From positions 3,004 through 67,003 of the forward strand of contig JBAXQC010000007.1 in NCBI GenBank assembly GCA_037131955.1: 64,000 bases of DNA, given 5' to 3'. Both the position numbers and the translations under genes were made by a program. Numbering within the stretch: position 1 is the stretch's first letter; every line of letters begins with the position of its first letter. Shown here piece by piece: positions 59,567 through 64,000 of the stretch. Origin of the DNA: Bacteroidota bacterium (GTDB taxonomy: Bacteria > Bacteroidota > Bacteroidia > UBA4408). Under the pieces are notes generated by a model. That model did not search any database. It saw only the letters and a program-made list of their open reading frames with translations, and was not told the origin of the DNA.

Positions 59567-59920
59567 ATGTTAAAAAATTATGAAACCGTTTTCATTTTGA
59601 CTCCCGTTTTGTCTGATGATCAGGCAAAGGAAACGGTAAACAGGTACAAAGATTACCTTAAGCAAAATGAGGTGCAATTGTTGCACGAAGAAAATTGGGG
59701 CCTTAAAAAATTGGCTTACCCTATCAACAAAAAATCTTCTGGATTTTATGTTTTATTTCAATACCAAGCACCGGGAACATTTGTTGCCGATTTGGAATTG
59801 GCAATGAAAAGAGACGAAAGAATGCTTCGTTTCTTAACTGTTTCCTTAGACAAATATGCTTTGGAATACGCCGATAGAAGAAGAAATAAAAGATCAGAAA
59901 AGAAAGAAGTAACCGCTTAA
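59567..59920 (+). CDS. rpsF: 30S ribosomal protein S6
   Basis: 117 aa (MLKNYETVFILTPVLSDDQ...) of S6 family sequence. Confidence 0.9.
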   Translation: MLKNYETVFILTPVLSDDQAKETVNRYKDYLKQNEVQLLHEENWGLKKLAYPINKKSSGFYVLFQYQAPGTFVADLELAMKRDERMLRFLTVSLDKYALEYADRRRNKRSEKKEVTA

Positions 59921-59932
59921 TCTCATTAAATC

Positions 59933-60199
59933 ATGGCAAAAGCATCAGAAATTAGATATTTAAATCCTCCTACTGTAGAGGTTGCAAATAAAAAATACTG
60001 CCGTTTCAAAAAGGCTGGTATTAAATATATCGATTACAAAGACGCAAACTATTTATTAAAGTTTGTAAACGAACAAGGAAAATTGTTGCCTCGTCGTTTA
60101 ACCGGAACTTCTTTGAAGTATCAGAGAAAAGTGGCTACAGCAGTAAAAAGAGCCCGTCACTTAGCACTTATGCCTTACGTAGGCGACATGCTTAAATAA
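59933..60199 (+). CDS. rpsR: 30S ribosomal protein S18
   Basis: 88 aa (...[18 protein letters not shown]...[10 protein letters not shown]...) of S18 sequence. Confidence 0.95.
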   Translation: MAKASEIRYLNPPTVEVANKKYCRFKKAGIKYIDYKDANYLLKFVNEQGKLLPRRLTGTSLKYQRKVATAVKRARHLALMPYVGDMLK

Positions 60200-60218
60200 T
60201 TTTTAATAAAAAATCATC

Positions 60219-60665
60219 ATGGAAATAATATTAAAACAAGACGTTAAACACGTTGGTTCAAAAGACGATTTAGTGAAAGTAAAAAATGGCTTTGGCTCTA
60301 ATTATCTTTTACCAAAAGGGTTTGCTATTTTAGCAACAGAATCTGCTAAAAAACAATTAGACGAAACAAAAAAACAAAGAGCTCACAAAGAAGAAAAAAT
60401 AAGAGTTGCAGCCGAAGGTCAAGCAAAATGGTTTGAAGGAAAGGTTATTCAAGTGGCAACAAAAGCTGGTGAAAACGGAAAAATTTTTGGTTCTGTTACT
60501 CCAATTCAGTTGGCAGAAGCCATCAAAAAAATGGGTATGGAAATAGACAGAAAATCTATTTTGATGGACGATGACCATGTTAAAGCACTTGGAACTTATA
60601 CTGCAAAAATAAAATTGTACAAAGATGTTGTAGTTCCGTTAAACTTTGAAGTTGTTTCGGAATAA
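60219..60665 (+). CDS. rplI: 50S ribosomal protein L9
   Basis: 148 aa (MEIILKQDVKHVGSKDDLVKVKNGF...) of L9 sequence. Confidence 0.9.
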   Translation: MEIILKQDVKHVGSKDDLVKVKNGFGSNYLLPKGFAILATESAKKQLDETKKQRAHKEEKIRVAAEGQAKWFEGKVIQVATKAGENGKIFGSVTPIQLAEAIKKMGMEIDRKSILMDDDHVKALGTYTAKIKLYKDVVVPLNFEVVSE

Positions 60666-60692
60666 TAAATCTTAGAATAAATAATAAATAAG

Positions 60693-60725
60693 AAAAACCA
60701 CTGCAATTGCGGTGGTTTTTTTTTG
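60693..60725 (+). terminator. Rho-independent terminator after rplI
   Basis: Stem ACCACTGC(60697-60704), loop AATT, stem GCGGTGGT(60709-60716) with one G-U pair, followed by a T9 run. Confidence 0.7.
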
Positions 60726-60866
60726 CCAATTTTTGAGTAGTTTATGCTAAGTTTAGAAACAATCCTATATTAAACACTAAATATGTATAAAGAGTAAAAA
60801 TTGTTCTCTAAATTTATCTCACCTTAAACCAAATTAAAAATAGGTAGTCTTAAATAAAAAAATCAA

Positions 60867-62168
60867 ATGAAAAAAAATATACTCTTTTTATTTCTGCTAA
60901 TTGCACTAAATTCAAAATCGCAATCTCTTTATTTTCCGCCAGTAACAGGAAACACATGGGATACTATTTCTCCTGCTACCTTAGGATGGTGTCAACCCAG
61001 AGTTGATACTCTGTATAATTTTTTAGAAAGTAGAAACTCAAAAGCGTTTATAGTTTTAAAGGATGGCAAAATTGTTTTAGAAAAGTACTTTGGCACGTTT
61101 ACACAAGATAGTTTATGGTATTGGGCTTCTGCCGGCAAAACATTAACTGCAGTGGCAGTAGGCATTGCCCAACAAGAAGGTCTACTTAATATTAACAATT
61201 TAAGCTCACAATATTTGGGTGCAGGGTTTAGCAGTGCACCTCTAGAAAAAGAGAACTTAATAACTGTTAGAAACCAATTATCCATGACAACGGGCTTTGA
61301 CGATGGGGTAGCAGATAACGATTGCACCTTAGATACTTGTTTGGTTTATTTGGCGGATGCCAACACAAGATGGGCTTACCATAATGCACCCTATACAAAA
61401 TTAGACGGTGTAGTAGCAAACGCAACAGGATTGACGTTCAACCAGTATGTTAATCAAAAAATAAGTATTCCAATTGGAATGGGTGGAACTTTTATGCAGT
61501 TTGGTTACAACAATGTTTATATTAGTAAAACTAGAGCTTTAGCAAGATTTGGATTGTTGATGTTGAATAGAGGAAGTTGGAATGCAACACCAATTTTAAG
61601 CGATACTACCTACTTTAACCAAATGACAAATACATCGCAGCAATTAAATAAGTCGTACGGTTATTTGTGGTGGTTAAATGGAAAAGAGTCTTACATGTTG
61701 CCCGGTAGTCAAATAGTATTTAATGGCTCTGCTCAGCCCAATGCACCTAATGATATGTATTCTGCCTTAGGAAAAAATGGGCAAATAATTAATGTTGTGC
61801 CTAGCCAAAATTTAGTAATGGTAAGAATAGGAAATATTCCACAATCGGTTTTTGTGCCAAATTATTTTAATGATGAAATTTGGCAAAAGTTTAATCAATT
61901 AAATTGCTCCACCACAGAAACGAATAACAAAAGCAAAAATTTAATAATGCTTTACCCTAATCCTGCAAGCAAGGAATTATTTTTAGAAAATCTGGAATTA
62001 AACTCAACAATAGAAATCTATAATACGCTTGGAGAGCTTGTTTATTCTGACATGAATACGTCAGTTAATTTTAGAACAAATTTAGAGGACAAAAATCCTG
62101 GTTTATATCTTGTTAAAATTAAGAACGGTCTTAATATTCAAAATTTAAAGTTTTTGCTTCATAAATAG
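60867..62168 (+). CDS. Secreted beta-lactamase-family serine hydrolase with a T9SS C-terminal sorting domain
   Basis: 433 aa with a signal peptide and a transpeptidase-like fold (S-x-x-K WASAGK). The C-terminal ~80 aa (LYPNPASKELFLENL...GLYLVKIKNG) is a Por secretion tail. Confidence 0.6.
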   Translation: MKKNILFLFLLIALNSKSQSLYFPPVTGNTWDTISPATLGWCQPRVDTLYNFLESRNSKAFIVLKDGKIVLEKYFGTFTQDSLWYWASAGKTLTAVAVGIAQQEGLLNINNLSSQYLGAGFSSAPLEKENLITVRNQLSMTTGFDDGVADNDCTLDTCLVYLADANTRWAYHNAPYTKLDGVVANATGLTFNQYVNQKISIPIGMGGTFMQFGYNNVYISKTRALARFGLLMLNRGSWNATPILSDTTYFNQMTNTSQQLNKSYGYLWWLNGKESYMLPGSQIVFNGSAQPNAPNDMYSALGKNGQIINVVPSQNLVMVRIGNIPQSVFVPNYFNDEIWQKFNQLNCSTTETNNKSKNLIMLYPNPASKELFLENLELNSTIEIYNTLGELVYSDMNTSVNFRTNLEDKNPGLYLVKIKNGLNIQNLKFLLHK

Positions 62169-62224
62169 TTTCATTTAAAATTAATGTTAATTCTTAACTT
62201 AGTGATGAATTTAAAAATTAAGTT

Positions 62225-64000
62225 ATGAAAAATATTGCTTTAGTTTTTGTTTTTATTTTTGGAATTATCAACGGCTCAAAAGCTGATAATTTATTTTTAC
62301 AAAATTTAATATCGGTAAATGATCAATGGAAGAATCAAGAATTTAATCCGTCCGATTTTTCTAGTTTTGAAAACTCTAAACCTCAAAATTTTAATCAATG
62401 GATTTCTGTTCATTTACTTTTGGTAGAAAAGAATCTGAGGAACAGAGATGTTTCTAAATTAAATCCAGAGCAATATAAAAACAGAAGTTATCTCTTAGAT
62501 CAATTAAAGGAGTATGCTCTTAAAGGGATATTTCCTTTAAACAATTTTATTCCACTAAAAAATCCTGTTTTTATAGATGCAAGGGGAACACATTGTGCAG
62601 TAGGATACCTCATGCAGCAAAGTGGTGCAGATCAGTTGGCACAGCAAATAAATAAAAATGAAAAGTTTGCCTACATCCACCAAATTAAAACAAACGGAGT
62701 AGGAGAGTGGGCAAAAAATAACGGTTTTAGCCTTGACGAATTAGCTTGGATTCAACCGGGTTATCCACCCAATTTTACAGCAAATCCACTTTTGCAAGGC
62801 TTGAATGGCTCCGTAAAAACAATGGCAATAAATCCAAGTGATGGAACCATATATGTTGGTGGTTCATTTTCTGCTGCTGTGGATGGAACTATATGCAGCG
62901 GAATTGCAGCTTATATCAATGGTTTTGCAGGCTATAGCTGGATAGACTTGGCCGGAGGCGTAAACGGTACAGTAAATAAAATTTTACTTCATCAAAATAA
63001 ATTAATTGTAGGAGGAAGCTTTACAACCGCAGGCTCACTGAGTGTATTAAATGTAGCAGCTTACAATCTAACCAATGGAGCATGGGAACAAATGGGAAAT
63101 CTAAACGGAAATGTTAAAACATTTGAAGTATTTAATGGGCAAATTTATGCAGGTGGAAGTTTTAATAGTTTTATTGCAAAATGGAATGGAACAAGTTGGC
63201 AAGAAGTTTTACCAGGCTATCTTTATGGGAACGAGGTAAGAGCCTTAAAAGCTCATGAAAACGAATTGATTATTGGAGGTGATTTTGAATTGCCTACCGG
63301 TGCCTTGAGAAAAAATGCATTTGCTTTTGATGGAACCCAAGCGGTTATAATGGGTTTTGGGACAAAAACTCCTGTAAATGATTTCGAAATTTACCAAGGT
63401 AAAATTTATGCCGGTTGCGATTATATTTCTGGCAACGACACATGTGCACTTGCCTCATTTATCGATGGAGATTGGCAAACAATTTTTGATGGAAATTTTT
63501 ATTATTTTGGATTTGGCAGCTATTTGCACGGTACAATTAAACAAATGAAAACGTTTGAAGCTAGTATGTATATTGCTGGAGATTTTTCTGCCAATTCAGG
63601 AATGACGTTTGGCGAAAATATGATAAGGTATTCCGAAACTGCCAACGATACTGTTCCAATGCCAATTCTTATGGCAGACAGTACAATAAATTGTTTTGGG
63701 TTTTATTACAACGACATTTGTTACGGTGGTGATTTTACTTATCAACCAGGATCAAACCTAAATAGAATTGCTTTGCTTCAAAACGAATTGTTAGTTTCTA
63801 CTAAAACAAAAACTGTAAAGAATAAAATTAATTTTTTCCCAAATCCAAGTACAGATAAAATATATATCTCAAATAATTTAGACGAACCTATAGAATCTGT
63901 TAAACTATTTTCGGCAGATGGTAAATTAATTTTATCGCAAGTTAATCTTGGTAAACAGGCAGTTATTCAAATTGAAAAACCGGCAAACGGAATTTATTTT
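62225..64000 (+). CDS. Secreted repeat (beta-propeller-like) protein with a T9SS C-terminal sorting domain; ORF runs to the window edge (possibly incomplete)
   Basis: ATG at 62225 with signal peptide MKNIALVFVFIFGIINGSKA. Repeated GGSF/GGDF blades. A CTD-like segment INFFPNPSTDKIYISNNL...ANGIYF sits at the window end. Confidence 0.5.
   Translation, partial: MKNIALVFVFIFGIINGSKADNLFLQNLISVNDQWKNQEFNPSDFSSFENSKPQNFNQWISVHLLLVEKNLRNRDVSKLNPEQYKNRSYLLDQLKEYALKGIFPLNNFIPLKNPVFIDARGTHCAVGYLMQQSGADQLAQQINKNEKFAYIHQIKTNGVGEWAKNNGFSLDELAWIQPGYPPNFTANPLLQGLNGSVKTMAINPSDGTIYVGGSFSAAVDGTICSGIAAYINGFAGYSWIDLAGGVNGTVNKILLHQNKLIVGGSFTTAGSLSVLNVAAYNLTNGAWEQMGNLNGNVKTFEVFNGQIYAGGSFNSFIAKWNGTSWQEVLPGYLYGNEVRALKAHENELIIGGDFELPTGALRKNAFAFDGTQAVIMGFGTKTPVNDFEIYQGKIYAGCDYISGNDTCALASFIDGDWQTIFDGNFYYFGFGSYLHGTIKQMKTFEASMYIAGDFSANSGMTFGENMIRYSETANDTVPMPILMADSTINCFGFYYNDICYGGDFTYQPGSNLNRIALLQNELLVSTKTKTVKNKINFFPNPSTDKIYISNNLDEPIESVKLFSADGKLILSQVNLGKQAVIQIEKPANGIYF

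Overview
The window is AT-rich (about one-third GC) and its gene content points to a Bacteroidetes chromosome of the Flavobacteriia/Cytophagia type. Specific markers are gldH, a PorP/SprF gene, many type IX secretion (T9SS) C-terminal sorting domains, a Bacteroidetes-style TTTG/TAnnTTTG promoter, and an L17 protein with a C-terminal tail.

The first ~16 kb is the conserved S10-spc-alpha ribosomal protein superoperon on the + strand. It runs fusA(C-term)-rpsJ-rplCDWB-rpsS-rplV-rpsC-rplP-rpmC-rpsQ-rplNXE-rpsNH-rplFR-rpsE-rpmD-rplO-secY-map-infA-rpmJ-rpsMKD-rpoA-rplQ. The genes rpmD and rpmJ are under 60 aa and absent from the ORF track; I located them by hand. carA follows the operon.

The rest of the window mixes housekeeping genes with accessory, envelope and secretion genes. 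The housekeeping genes are ruvB, rel/spoT, fur, purA, parE, sucD, an rpmB-rpmG-DUF4295 unit, rpsF-rpsR-rplI, an Nramp-USP fusion, and a PSP1-gldH-GGGPS-yqeY cluster. The accessory genes include at least six proteins carrying T9SS C-terminal sorting domains, among them a type-B cargo + PorP/SprF pair and one decayed fragment. There is also a co-directional cluster of TPR protein - beta-barrel - vWA protein - AsmA-like protein, an orphan cyanophycinase beside an outer-membrane beta-barrel, a GT-C-like membrane protein + DUF218 pair, and an AraC regulator preceded by a repeat-bearing AT-rich spacer.

The most unusual structure is a DUF559 (Vsr-like endonuclease fold) gene exactly bracketed by a perfect 32-bp inverted repeat made of GC-rich hairpins, which I flag as a candidate miniature selfish or mobile cassette. 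I found no rRNA, tRNA or CRISPR array. I recognised no canonical defence system such as restriction-modification, Cas or helicase-nuclease genes.
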